The notes under the pieces were generated by a model. It saw only the letters and a list, made by a program, of their open reading frames with translations. It did not search any database and had not been told where the DNA came from. A stretch of DNA of 64,000 bases from an uncultured Enterobacterales bacterium (lineage in GTDB: Bacteria > Myxococcota_A > UBA796 > JAFGLY01), in assembly GCA_964481655.1 (NCBI GenBank), contig CAYZVO010000012.1:4654-68653 (forward strand). Reading direction: 5' to 3'. Positions 17,911 to 25,785 of the stretch are shown in pieces (positions within the stretch are counted from its first letter, which is position 1; each line of letters starts with the position of its first letter). The translations under genes were made by a program, and so were the position numbers.

Positions 17911-18738
17911 CTAGAGGTTCTCCTCGAGCCACTTGTCGGTCTCGTCGAACAGATCGTCCATGCCCCACAGGGTGACGTTCATGACGGTGTCCGGATCGTC
18001 CACCGCGCCCGTGGACTCGCTCCACAGGCCCATGTAGCGGTAGGCCCCCCAGCTGCCGCTGGCGCCGGGCAGGAACACGTCGATGCTGTAGCTCTGCTCG
18101 ATGGTGTTGTTGCCGCTCTCGCCGATGCCGGCTTCCTCGATCCAGGTGCGGGCCAGGATGCCCCAGACCTCGGTGCCGGGCTCGCCGTCCTCGGACAGCT
18201 CCACCCAGCGGAAGTCCTTGATCATCTCGTAGGGGATCTCCATCAGGGAGTTCTTCTTGATGAGATCGTTGTTGGTGCGCAGCACCGTGCAGTCCCGGGT
18301 GGGGAAGCAGGAGGGGTCGGTGGGGTCGAGGAAGATGCGCTCGTACTGGTCGCGGGAGTTGGGCTCGATGGGGGTCTGGTCGGCCTGGATGATGGCCTGG
18401 GCGTGATCCTCGGGGGTGAAGACCGAGCCGGCCACAAGGCCCACGCCCAGGGTGTCGGCGGGATCGGTGCCATCGGGCGCGGTGACGCCCACGAGATCGT
18501 CGGTGCCGAGCACATCGATCTGGTAGGAGCGGTCCTGGTAGTCCACGTCCAGGTCCATGGCGGCGAAGTGCTGCTGCAGGTTGAACATCCCCACCTCGAG
18601 CACGCCCTCGTCAGAGGTCTCCCAGTTGCGGAACAGGTAGATGCTCAGCTCGTTGAGGTCGGTCGGGGCCTCGGGGGGCGGCTTGCAGCCGATGAGGGCC
18701 AGGGCGACGACGGGGACGAGCAGGATGCGACGGGACAT
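17911..18738 (-). CDS. Acidic lipoprotein, function unknown
   Basis: The track ORF 17911..19059 is trimmed to ATG 18738 (MSRRILLVPVVALALIGC..., lipobox LIGC). A GGAGG RBS is present. No recognisable catalytic motif. Confidence 0.65.
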   Translation of the reverse strand: MSRRILLVPVVALALIGCKPPPEAPTDLNELSIYLFRNWETSDEGVLEVGMFNLQQHFAAMDLDVDYQDRSYQIDVLGTDDLVGVTAPDGTDPADTLGVGLVAGSVFTPEDHAQAIIQADQTPIEPNSRDQYERIFLDPTDPSCFPTRDCTVLRTNNDLIKKNSLMEIPYEMIKDFRWVELSEDGEPGTEVWGILARTWIEEAGIGESGNNTIEQSYSIDVFLPGASGSWGAYRYMGLWSESTGAVDDPDTVMNVTLWGMDDLFDETDKWLEENL

Positions 18739-18867
18739 GGGGCCTCCAGCGTGTGCGTGGCCCCAGCGTAGCCTCGCGACGAGGCGGCGGCGAATACGGG
18801 CAGACGCCCCGGGGTTCGGGTATGTTGCCGGCGCCAGCCGCCTTGTCCTCCCAAGGAGACACCCCCC

Positions 18868-19788
18868 ATGACCAGCCAACGCGTCCTCGCTGCTGCAGCC
18901 CTGCTTCTCACCGGCTGCGGCACCTACGCCCTCGAGCTGACCGACGACAACAACTTCTTCTTCACCACCTCCCTGACCGCGGACGTGGTGCCCGTGGCCG
19001 ACTGCCCCGAGGACCTGACCCTGGACTGGTCCGCCCTGAGCAGCGACCTGCTCGGCCACGAGATGGACCCCACCACCGACATCGACACCATGCGCGTGGT
19101 GCGCTTCTACGACCTGGCCCCCCAGGACGTGCTGGACGCCATCTCCATCAACGAGCTGTCCCAGTCCGACATCTCCGGCAACGTGGACTACACCATCGTC
19201 GGCGGCGAGACCGTCGCGGACCTGACCCAGTTCAACTTCAACGGCACCGGCATCGATCCCGCCACCGAGGTCTGCTCCGAGCTGGGCGCCACCTTCCTCT
19301 TCACGGCGCTGACCGGGCTGTACGAGTACCGGATGCTGATGTTCTTCGAGCCCACCGACGGTGAGACCAACACCGAGGTGCTCATGGACGGCAGCTCCGC
19401 GCTGCTCGAGTTCGACGCCGACCTCTCCGCCGGCGGCGTCATCGAGGTGCCGGGCAAGCGCGACATCAACATCGACTGGATCGGCCTGACCACCGACGGC
19501 CAGGGCAACCCCTTCTCCGTCTCCAACATCGATCGTCTGATGCTCGCCCGCTACGAGCTGTCCATCGAAGAGATGGAGCAGCAGTTCCTGGACCTGCAGA
19601 TCATCCCCGACGAGATGTACACCGCCGACATCGGCGGCCGCGGCAACTTCGACCTGGTCGAAGCCCTGGACGCCGACGGCAACGCCTTCGAGAGCTTCGA
19701 CGGAGAAGGCCTGTGGCTGCTCGGCCTGTTCTGCAGCACCTGCGCGAATCCCGCGCCGCTGTACCTGGCTGTGATCGAAGCGCGGTAG
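18868..19788 (+). CDS. Acidic lipoprotein, function unknown
   Basis: 306-aa ORF: MTSQRVLAAAALLLTGC (lipobox LTGC). Divergent from the preceding lipoprotein gene. Confidence 0.65.
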   Translation: MTSQRVLAAAALLLTGCGTYALELTDDNNFFFTTSLTADVVPVADCPEDLTLDWSALSSDLLGHEMDPTTDIDTMRVVRFYDLAPQDVLDAISINELSQSDISGNVDYTIVGGETVADLTQFNFNGTGIDPATEVCSELGATFLFTALTGLYEYRMLMFFEPTDGETNTEVLMDGSSALLEFDADLSAGGVIEVPGKRDINIDWIGLTTDGQGNPFSVSNIDRLMLARYELSIEEMEQQFLDLQIIPDEMYTADIGGRGNFDLVEALDADGNAFESFDGEGLWLLGLFCSTCANPAPLYLAVIEAR

Positions 19789-19818
19789 GCGCGCTCACCG
19801 ACGACACCCATGGAGCGC

Positions 19819-19846
19819 TTGCACCGGCGCGATAGCTGGCTATGAT
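19819..19846 (+). promoter_or_regulatory. Putative sigma70-type promoter of the regulator / isoprenoid operon
   Basis: TTGCAC (19819..19824), a 16-nt spacer, then TATGAT (19841..19846), about 40 nt upstream of ATG 19885. This is one of the few AT-rich hexamer pairs in the window. Confidence 0.4.
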
Positions 19847-19858
19847 TCGGACTCCTTG

Positions 19859-19876
19859 TTTCACGAAAACGTGAAA
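19859..19876 (+). promoter_or_regulatory. Perfect inverted repeat TTTCACG-AAAA-CGTGAAA; candidate operator or 5'-UTR hairpin
   Basis: 7-bp perfect arms with a 4-nt spacer. It ends 9 nt before the start codon of the GbsR/MarR-like regulator gene and lies downstream of the putative -10. Confidence 0.5.
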
Positions 19877-19884
19877 GTAGAACG

Positions 19885-20457
19885 ATGAGCCCGACCCAAG
19901 AGCTGAAGAGCTGGCACGAGCACCCCGCGGTGCAGGGACTGGTGGAGCAGTTCGGCCTGTTCTTCCAGGCCTTCGGCTTCAAGCGCAACATCGGCCGCAT
20001 CTGGGCCACGCTGTTCCTGAGCCCGCGGGGGCTGGACCAGGCCGAGCTGTCCGATCTGCTCGGGCTGAGCGCTGGGCTGATCAGCACCGGGCTGCGGGAG
20101 CTCGAGCGCATCGGGGCGGTGCGGGTGACCCACGCCCCCGGCTCCCGCAAGGCCCTGTACGAGGCCGAACGCAGGCTGCTGCGCACCGTCGCCACGATCC
20201 TGACCCGGCGGGACCTCGAGGCCGTGCTGGCCCTGCGCGCCGCCGTGGTCCAGGCCCGGGTGGCCCTTCCCCGGGGCAGCACCAAGGCCTGGTGCCACGA
20301 GCGCCTGGCCCTGGTGGAAGACGTGACCCGCCTCTACGAGAGCCTGGCCCGCCTGGTGGTCAAGGTCTCCCACGGGCCCGAAGGCGCCATGGGCTCCATC
20401 ATCCGCGCCCTGCGCAACACCCGAGCCTGGCTGCCCACCCTGGGCGGCTCGTCCTAG
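19885..20457 (+). CDS. GbsR/MarR-family winged-helix transcriptional regulator
   Basis: 190-aa ORF. FGFKRNIGRIWATLFLSPRGLDQAELSDLLGLSAGLISTGLRELERIGAVR matches the GbsR-type HTH region. Confidence 0.7.
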   Translation: MSPTQELKSWHEHPAVQGLVEQFGLFFQAFGFKRNIGRIWATLFLSPRGLDQAELSDLLGLSAGLISTGLRELERIGAVRVTHAPGSRKALYEAERRLLRTVATILTRRDLEAVLALRAAVVQARVALPRGSTKAWCHERLALVEDVTRLYESLARLVVKVSHGPEGAMGSIIRALRNTRAWLPTLGGSS

Positions 20458-20464
20458 GAGACCC

Positions 20465-21484
20465 ATGGACTTCCGCGACCGCTTCGCCCGTGCCCGAGAG
20501 GCCTGGCTCCCCGGAATCCTGGCCCAGATCGACGACGCCGTGGACGGCTCGGTGCCCGCAGCCTCCACCCTGCCAGGGATGGCCCGCTACCACATGAAGA
20601 CCGGGGGCAAGCGGCTGCGCGCCCTGCTGCCCCTGCTCACCGCCGAGGCCCTGGGCCGTGACCCCACCGCGCTGGTGCCCCTGGGCGCCGCCTGCGAGAT
20701 CCTCCACAACGCCACCCTGGTCCACGACGACCTGCAGGACGGTGACCGCCTCCGCCGGGGCGAGCCCACCGTCTGGGCCCACTACGGCGCCCCCCAGGCC
20801 ATCAACCTGGGCGACGCGATGTTCTACTGGACCCTGCTGCTGGTGCAGCGCCTCGAGGGCCCCGCCGCCCTGCGCGAGGCCGTGGCCGAGCGGGTCCTGC
20901 TCGAGACCCTGCGGGTGATCGACGGACAGGAGCAGGAGTTCCAGCTCAAGTCCCAGCCCCCCTCTCTGGCTGGCTACTTCGCGATGGTCGAGGGCAAGAC
21001 CTCCGGCCTGTTCGCCCTGCCCATGGCCGGCGCGGCCCTGTTCTGCGAGGCCGACGAGGCCGTGGTGAACGACCTCTCCGAGGCCGCCCGCCACATGGGC
21101 GTGCTGTTCCAGATCCAGGATGACGTGCTCGATCTGTTCGGCAGCAAGGGCCGCGACATGGTGGGCACCGACATCGCCGAGGGCAAGCGCTCGGTGCTGG
21201 CGGTGCGGGCCTTGACGACCCTCCCCCAGGCCGAAGCCGCCTGGTTCGCAGGCGTTCTCGACGCCCCGCGCGAGGACACCAGCCCCGCCGACATCCAGCG
21301 CGCCATCGCCCTCATCCGCGACCACGGCGCCCTGGACTTCGCCCTGGACGAGCTCGCCCGCCGCCGGGACGCCGCCCTGGCGACCCCCGCGGTGGCCGCC
21401 AGCCCGGCCCTGAGCGAGCTGGTGGGCGGCATGTGCGCCGTCTTCCTGGCCCCCATCGAGCCCCTGCTGGAGTCCCGCTCGTGA
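20465..21484 (+). CDS. Polyprenyl diphosphate synthase (trans-isoprenyl, FPP/GGPP synthase family)
   Basis: 339-aa ORF. The first Asp-rich motif is LVHDDLQDGD and the second is FQIQDDVLD. Small residues (A, T) at -5/-4 before the first motif suggest a product of C20 or longer (inference). Confidence 0.85.
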   Translation: MDFRDRFARAREAWLPGILAQIDDAVDGSVPAASTLPGMARYHMKTGGKRLRALLPLLTAEALGRDPTALVPLGAACEILHNATLVHDDLQDGDRLRRGEPTVWAHYGAPQAINLGDAMFYWTLLLVQRLEGPAALREAVAERVLLETLRVIDGQEQEFQLKSQPPSLAGYFAMVEGKTSGLFALPMAGAALFCEADEAVVNDLSEAARHMGVLFQIQDDVLDLFGSKGRDMVGTDIAEGKRSVLAVRALTTLPQAEAAWFAGVLDAPREDTSPADIQRAIALIRDHGALDFALDELARRRDAALATPAVAASPALSELVGGMCAVFLAPIEPLLESRS

Positions 21485-22536
21485 GCCTCGCCGCCGATCG
21501 CCGCGCCTGCGTGGCCTTCCTGCCCCAGGTCTCGCGCACCTTCGCCCTCAGCATCGAGGCCCTGCCCCCGGAGCTGCGGGAGCCGGTGCGGGTGGCCTAC
21601 CTGCTGTGCCGCATCGTGGACACCATCGAGGACGAGCCGCGGGTCCCCCAGCCCGAGCGCACCCTGCGCTTCGACACCTTCGAGACCCTGCTGCTGGATG
21701 ACGGGACCGATCCCAGCCAGCTCGAGCTGCTGTTCCGCAACCCGGACCCCGCCGATCCCGAGGCCCTGCTCGCCAGCCAGGCCGGGGCGGTCTTTCGCTG
21801 CTTCCGGGCCATGCCGGAGCCCACCCGCGACGCCATCCGACCCCATGTCCTGGACATGTCCCTGGGCATGCGCATGTACACCCGTCGGGCCGCGGCGCAC
21901 GGCGGGCTGCAGCTGCGGGACATGCCCGATCTGTCCCGCTACTGCTACTACGTCGCCGGCACCGTGGGGGAGCTGCTCACCGACCTGTTCGAGCTCACCC
22001 AGCCCCAGCTCCCGCCGGAGCAGCGTCAGGCCGTGCACCAGCTCGCCGCCGACTTCGGCCAGGGCCTGCAGCTGGTGAACATCCTCAAGGATGTGGCCGG
22101 CGACATGGAGCGGGGGGTGGTCTACATGCCCCGCAGCCTGATGGAGCAGCACCAGCTCGAGCCGGCGCAGCTGCTCGAGCCCGGCCGCCGCGACGCCAGC
22201 CTGGCCTTGATCCGCGAGGTCGCCGACCACGCCCGGGACAGCCTCGAGCGCGCCAAGCTCTACGTGCGCCAGTGGCCCCTGCCCCACGGCGAGCCCATCC
22301 GCCTGTTCTGCTCGGTGCCGCTGCTGCTGGCCATCGCCACCCTGGACGAGCTCGAGTCCAGCGAGGACACCCTGCAGCCTGGACGGACACCCAAGATCAG
22401 CCGGGCGACGCTGGGGAGCCTGCTGCAGCGGGCGGTGAAGGCCGCCGGGGACGACGCCGCGCTGGCCGCGCTGCTGGACATGCCCCTCGAGGACCGAGAG
22501 GCAGGCCAGGGGCGCTGGGCGAGCCGCTCGATATAG
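21481..22536 (+). CDS. Squalene/phytoene synthase family protein (squalene-synthase-like)
   Basis: GTG 21481 overlaps the upstream TGA (GTGA). Motifs are SRTFALSI, YLLCRIVDTIEDE, YCYYVAGTVG and FGQGLQLVNILKDVAGD, which are the head-to-head prenyl condensing enzyme Asp-rich motifs. Confidence 0.8.
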   Translation: MSLAADRRACVAFLPQVSRTFALSIEALPPELREPVRVAYLLCRIVDTIEDEPRVPQPERTLRFDTFETLLLDDGTDPSQLELLFRNPDPADPEALLASQAGAVFRCFRAMPEPTRDAIRPHVLDMSLGMRMYTRRAAAHGGLQLRDMPDLSRYCYYVAGTVGELLTDLFELTQPQLPPEQRQAVHQLAADFGQGLQLVNILKDVAGDMERGVVYMPRSLMEQHQLEPAQLLEPGRRDASLALIREVADHARDSLERAKLYVRQWPLPHGEPIRLFCSVPLLLAIATLDELESSEDTLQPGRTPKISRATLGSLLQRAVKAAGDDAALAALLDMPLEDREAGQGRWASRSI

Positions 22537-22722
22537 GAAATTCAATAGGGATTAAAGCCCGGACGGGGCCTTTCCGATGAGCCTGATGGCCAGGAACTGT
22601 CACCGAATGTCTCCCACCGACCCCGAGAGCACCCTCCCCCTCCGCCAGCAGGGGCTCGAGGTCGCCCCCCGGGCGGCCCCGGCGGTCCGGGTGGGCCCCC
22701 AACGGGGGGTGCGCCCCCCGCA

Positions 22723-22765
22723 CCCCCCCCCCCCCCCCCCCCGGCCCGCGGGGGGGGGGCCCCCC
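22723..22765. repeat. Homopolymer block: C20 (22723..22742), 7 nt, G10 (22750..22759), C6 (22760..22765)
   Basis: Counted directly from the sequence. It is embedded in an extremely GC-rich low-complexity stretch (about 22640..22790) between the SQS-like gene and the first HD-GYP gene. Confidence 0.95.
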
Positions 22766-22805
22766 GCCGCCCCCGACCCCGGCGTTCCTGCTGGACCGCA
22801 AGCTG

Positions 22806-24620
22806 GTGGTGCGCGCGCAGAACCAGAGCGCGGCGAAGCTGTTCGCCAGCGCCGCCAAGCCCGGTCAGGTAAACAGTGTCGGCGCGGCCATGGCCTGCGT
22901 GCACCGGCACACCCAGGGCTGTGCCAAGCGCGAGGGCTGCCAGCGCTGCCAGCTGCGCGCTGCGGTGACCATGGCCCTGGACGCCAACGAGCGGGTCGAG
23001 GCCCGGGAGATCCGCCTGGGCTGCCAGGACGGAGCCGAGGTCACCATGCGGGTGTTGCTGCTTGGAGCCTCGGCGCTGAGGTTCGGCGCCGCCCACCTGG
23101 CCCTGATGACCCTGCAGGATCTCAGCCCCCAGGCCCGGAGCACAGAGAAGGGCTGGGTCGCCACCCGCCTGACCATGCTCGACAGCGTCGAGGGTCCCGT
23201 CGCGGTGGTGGACCCCCGCCTGGGGCAGCTGGTCCACGCCAACCCCGCCGCCGTGCGGTTGCTCGACCTGCCCCCTCGGGGGCTCCAACACGGTGCCTGC
23301 CAGGCGCTGGCCTGCAGCGCGCAGTCCGGCGACTGCCCCGTGCTCGACCGGGGCGCCGAGTGCGACACCTCCGAGCGGGTGCTCATCCGGGGCGACGGCG
23401 AGCTGGCCATGCAGGTCACCGCACGGCCCCTCGACGTGGACGGCCGCAAGCTTGTGCTGGAGAGCCTGCGGCCCTTGGAGGAGCAGCGGCGGGTCGAGGG
23501 CATCATCCAGCGCCACAACGAGCGCCTCGAGGCCCTGCTGGAGCTGGGCCGCAAGCGGGATCAGGACGGCGCCGACGTGCTGGCCTGGGCACTGCAGGAG
23601 GCCATCAAGCTGACCCACTCCAAGTGCGGATACCTCTACTTCGTGGACGCCTCCCAGCAGACCCTGAAGCTGCACGCCAGGACCGGCGAGGCGGCGAAGG
23701 GCACGCTCCCGAAGCTGCCGCGCAACATCGACGCGTACGAGGCCGGCATCTGGGCCGACGCCCTGCGGCTGATGCAGCCGGTGACCCACAACGACTACCC
23801 CGGGCGCGGAGACATGCGCGCCGAGTACCCCGCTTGCTTCCGGGTGACGCGCCACCTGAGCGTGCCCATCACCGAGGGGGGCCGGGTGGCCGCGGTGCTC
23901 GGGGTGGGCGACAAGATCGGAGACTACGACGACACCGATGTGGAGCAGCTGGGCCTGTTCGCCACGAGCGTCTGGGACCTGCTCCGCAGGCGCCAGGCCG
24001 AGGGCCAGCTGCGCAAGTCGGTGGCCAACCTGCGGCTGCTGCTGCGGGGCACCACCGAGGCCATCACCCGGGCCGTGGAGATCCGCGACCCCTACACCGC
24101 CGGGCACCAGCGACGGGTCTCGGACCTCGCCAGGGCCATCGCCGCCAAGTTGAAGCTGGCCAGCCCCCAGGTGGACGCCATCCGCATCGCCGCCATGCTC
24201 CATGACATCGGAAAGATCGCCGTGCCCGCCGACATCCTCACCAAGCCCAGCCGCCTGACTGAGCTCGAGTTCCGGCTGCTGCAGCAGCACCCTGTGCAGA
24301 GCTTCGAGATCCTCGAGCACGTGGCCATGCCCTTCCCCATCCACACCATCGTGCGACAGCACCACGAGCGCCTGGACGGCTCGGGCTACCCCGACGGGCT
24401 CGAGGGCAAACAGATCCGCCCCGAGGCCCGCATCCTGGCCGTGGCCGACGTGATGGAGGCCATGGTCTCCCACCGCCCCTACCGCCCGGCCCACAGCGTC
24501 GAGGACGCCCTGGCCGAGCTCCACCGCCAACGGGGCAGCGCCCTGGATCGGCGGGTGGTGGACGCCTGCAGGGCCCTGTTCCTCCGGGACGGGTACAGCT
24601 TCGAGCGCGACGAGGGATGA
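22806..24620 (+). CDS. PAS-PAS-GAF-HD-GYP c-di-GMP phosphodiesterase family protein; 5' end uncertain or disrupted
   Basis: 604-aa ORF whose start is GTG. It has a GAF-like middle region. The HD-GYP domain includes HQRRVSDLA, MLHDIGKIAVP and HHERLDGSGYP. The same frame is open upstream to 22581 and reads ...PAFLLDRKLVVRAQNQSAAKLF (a PAS N-terminal strand), so the GTG start truncates the domain. No ATG/GTG/TTG exists in that frame upstream. Confidence 0.8.
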   Translation: MVRAQNQSAAKLFASAAKPGQVNSVGAAMACVHRHTQGCAKREGCQRCQLRAAVTMALDANERVEAREIRLGCQDGAEVTMRVLLLGASALRFGAAHLALMTLQDLSPQARSTEKGWVATRLTMLDSVEGPVAVVDPRLGQLVHANPAAVRLLDLPPRGLQHGACQALACSAQSGDCPVLDRGAECDTSERVLIRGDGELAMQVTARPLDVDGRKLVLESLRPLEEQRRVEGIIQRHNERLEALLELGRKRDQDGADVLAWALQEAIKLTHSKCGYLYFVDASQQTLKLHARTGEAAKGTLPKLPRNIDAYEAGIWADALRLMQPVTHNDYPGRGDMRAEYPACFRVTRHLSVPITEGGRVAAVLGVGDKIGDYDDTDVEQLGLFATSVWDLLRRRQAEGQLRKSVANLRLLLRGTTEAITRAVEIRDPYTAGHQRRVSDLARAIAAKLKLASPQVDAIRIAAMLHDIGKIAVPADILTKPSRLTELEFRLLQQHPVQSFEILEHVAMPFPIHTIVRQHHERLDGSGYPDGLEGKQIRPEARILAVADVMEAMVSHRPYRPAHSVEDALAELHRQRGSALDRRVVDACRALFLRDGYSFERDEG

Positions 24621-24744
24621 GCACGCATCCAGAACGGCCCACGGCCCGCCCCCCGTTTACCGGGTGCATCCGGTGTAATTCGATAATTCTCGTAGACCCC
24701 TTGCGCTGGACGGGCGGAAGCCCCACGATGGGGTCGAGGCCAAC

Positions 24745-25785
24745 GTGAGCACATCCCAACCACATCCCCCCGCCAGCCCTCGTGCGCTGCTGGCGCTGCT
24801 GCCCGTGCCGGCGGTGCTGATCGCCGAGGACTGGAGCCTGCGGCACTGGAACCAACCCGCCGCCACCCTGGTCGCCGCCGCCAGCGGACGCCGCCTGCAG
24901 GTGGGCGACAGCATCGGTGAGGCCCTGGGCTGCGAGCACGCCGGGGAGCAGGGCGAGGACTGTGGACGCGCCAGCGCCTGCCGGCGCTGCCCGGCCCGGA
25001 CCAAGAGCCTCGAGGCCCTCGCGGCGGGGACGCAGAGCACCGGCGTGGTGCTCGACATCATCAGCCCCAGCGGCGTGCGCCAGGGCTACCAGCTGTCCGT
25101 GGGCCCCATCGCCCTGGCCGACGGCCCCGGCGTGCTGATGACCATCGTGGAGCACCAGCGGGACGAGCAACACGTCCGCGACACCGTGCGGCGCCTGCGG
25201 CGCCTGCTGGGTGGGTGCGTCGAGGCCATCACCCGGGCCGTCGAGATGGGAGACCCCGCCACCGCCGGCCACCAGCGCCGGGTGTCGGACCTGGCCCGGA
25301 GCATCGCCACCGAGCTGGGCCTGTCGGCCCGGCAGGTGGACGCCATCCGCCTGGCCGCCATGCTGCACGACATCGGCAAGCTGGCGGTGCCCTCGGACAT
25401 CCTCACCAAGCCCGCGGCGCTGACCCCGGCCCAGATGGCGCTGGTCCGCAACCACGCCCCGGCGGGGGCCGAGATCCTGGCCCCCATCGCCTACCCCGAG
25501 GGCTTGAGCAGCATCGTGGGCCAGCACCACGAGCGCGGCGACGGGAGCGGCTATCCGGCGGGCCTGCGAGGGGACGCCATCTGCGTCGAGGCCCGCATCC
25601 TGGCGGTCGCGGACGTGGTCGAGGCCATGCTCTCCCACCGCCCCTACCGTCCGGCTCACAGCCTCGAGGCCGTGCTGCAGGAGCTGAAGCAGCAGCGCGG
25701 ACGTCAGCTCGACGCCCGCGCCGTGGATGCCTGCATCCGCCTGTTCGAGGACCGGGGCTACCGGTTCCCCGAGGACCCGCGCTAG
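24745..25785 (+). CDS. PAS-like sensor / HD-GYP c-di-GMP phosphodiesterase family protein (paralogue of the preceding gene)
   Basis: 346-aa ORF with a GTG start and GAGG upstream. Motifs are HQRRVSDLA, MLHDIGKLAVP and HHERGDGSGYP. The N-terminal sensor aligns with the first PAS of the upstream gene, including the Cys cluster. Confidence 0.85.
   Translation: MSTSQPHPPASPRALLALLPVPAVLIAEDWSLRHWNQPAATLVAAASGRRLQVGDSIGEALGCEHAGEQGEDCGRASACRRCPARTKSLEALAAGTQSTGVVLDIISPSGVRQGYQLSVGPIALADGPGVLMTIVEHQRDEQHVRDTVRRLRRLLGGCVEAITRAVEMGDPATAGHQRRVSDLARSIATELGLSARQVDAIRLAAMLHDIGKLAVPSDILTKPAALTPAQMALVRNHAPAGAEILAPIAYPEGLSSIVGQHHERGDGSGYPAGLRGDAICVEARILAVADVVEAMLSHRPYRPAHSLEAVLQELKQQRGRQLDARAVDACIRLFEDRGYRFPEDPR

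Noticed and set aside
22560-22580. Possible terminator hairpin AAAGCCCGGACGGGGCCTTT after the SQS-like gene
   Set aside because: The stem needs a bulge and has only about 7 pairs, with no following U run.
22539-24689. Shared AT-rich motif upstream of both HD-GYP genes (AATTCAATA at 22539..22547 and TAATTCGATAATTC at 24676..24689), as a possible common operator
   Set aside because: Only about 6-7 nt are shared and the spacing to the starts differs. It could be chance AT-rich promoter sequence. It would need motif statistics or conservation data.
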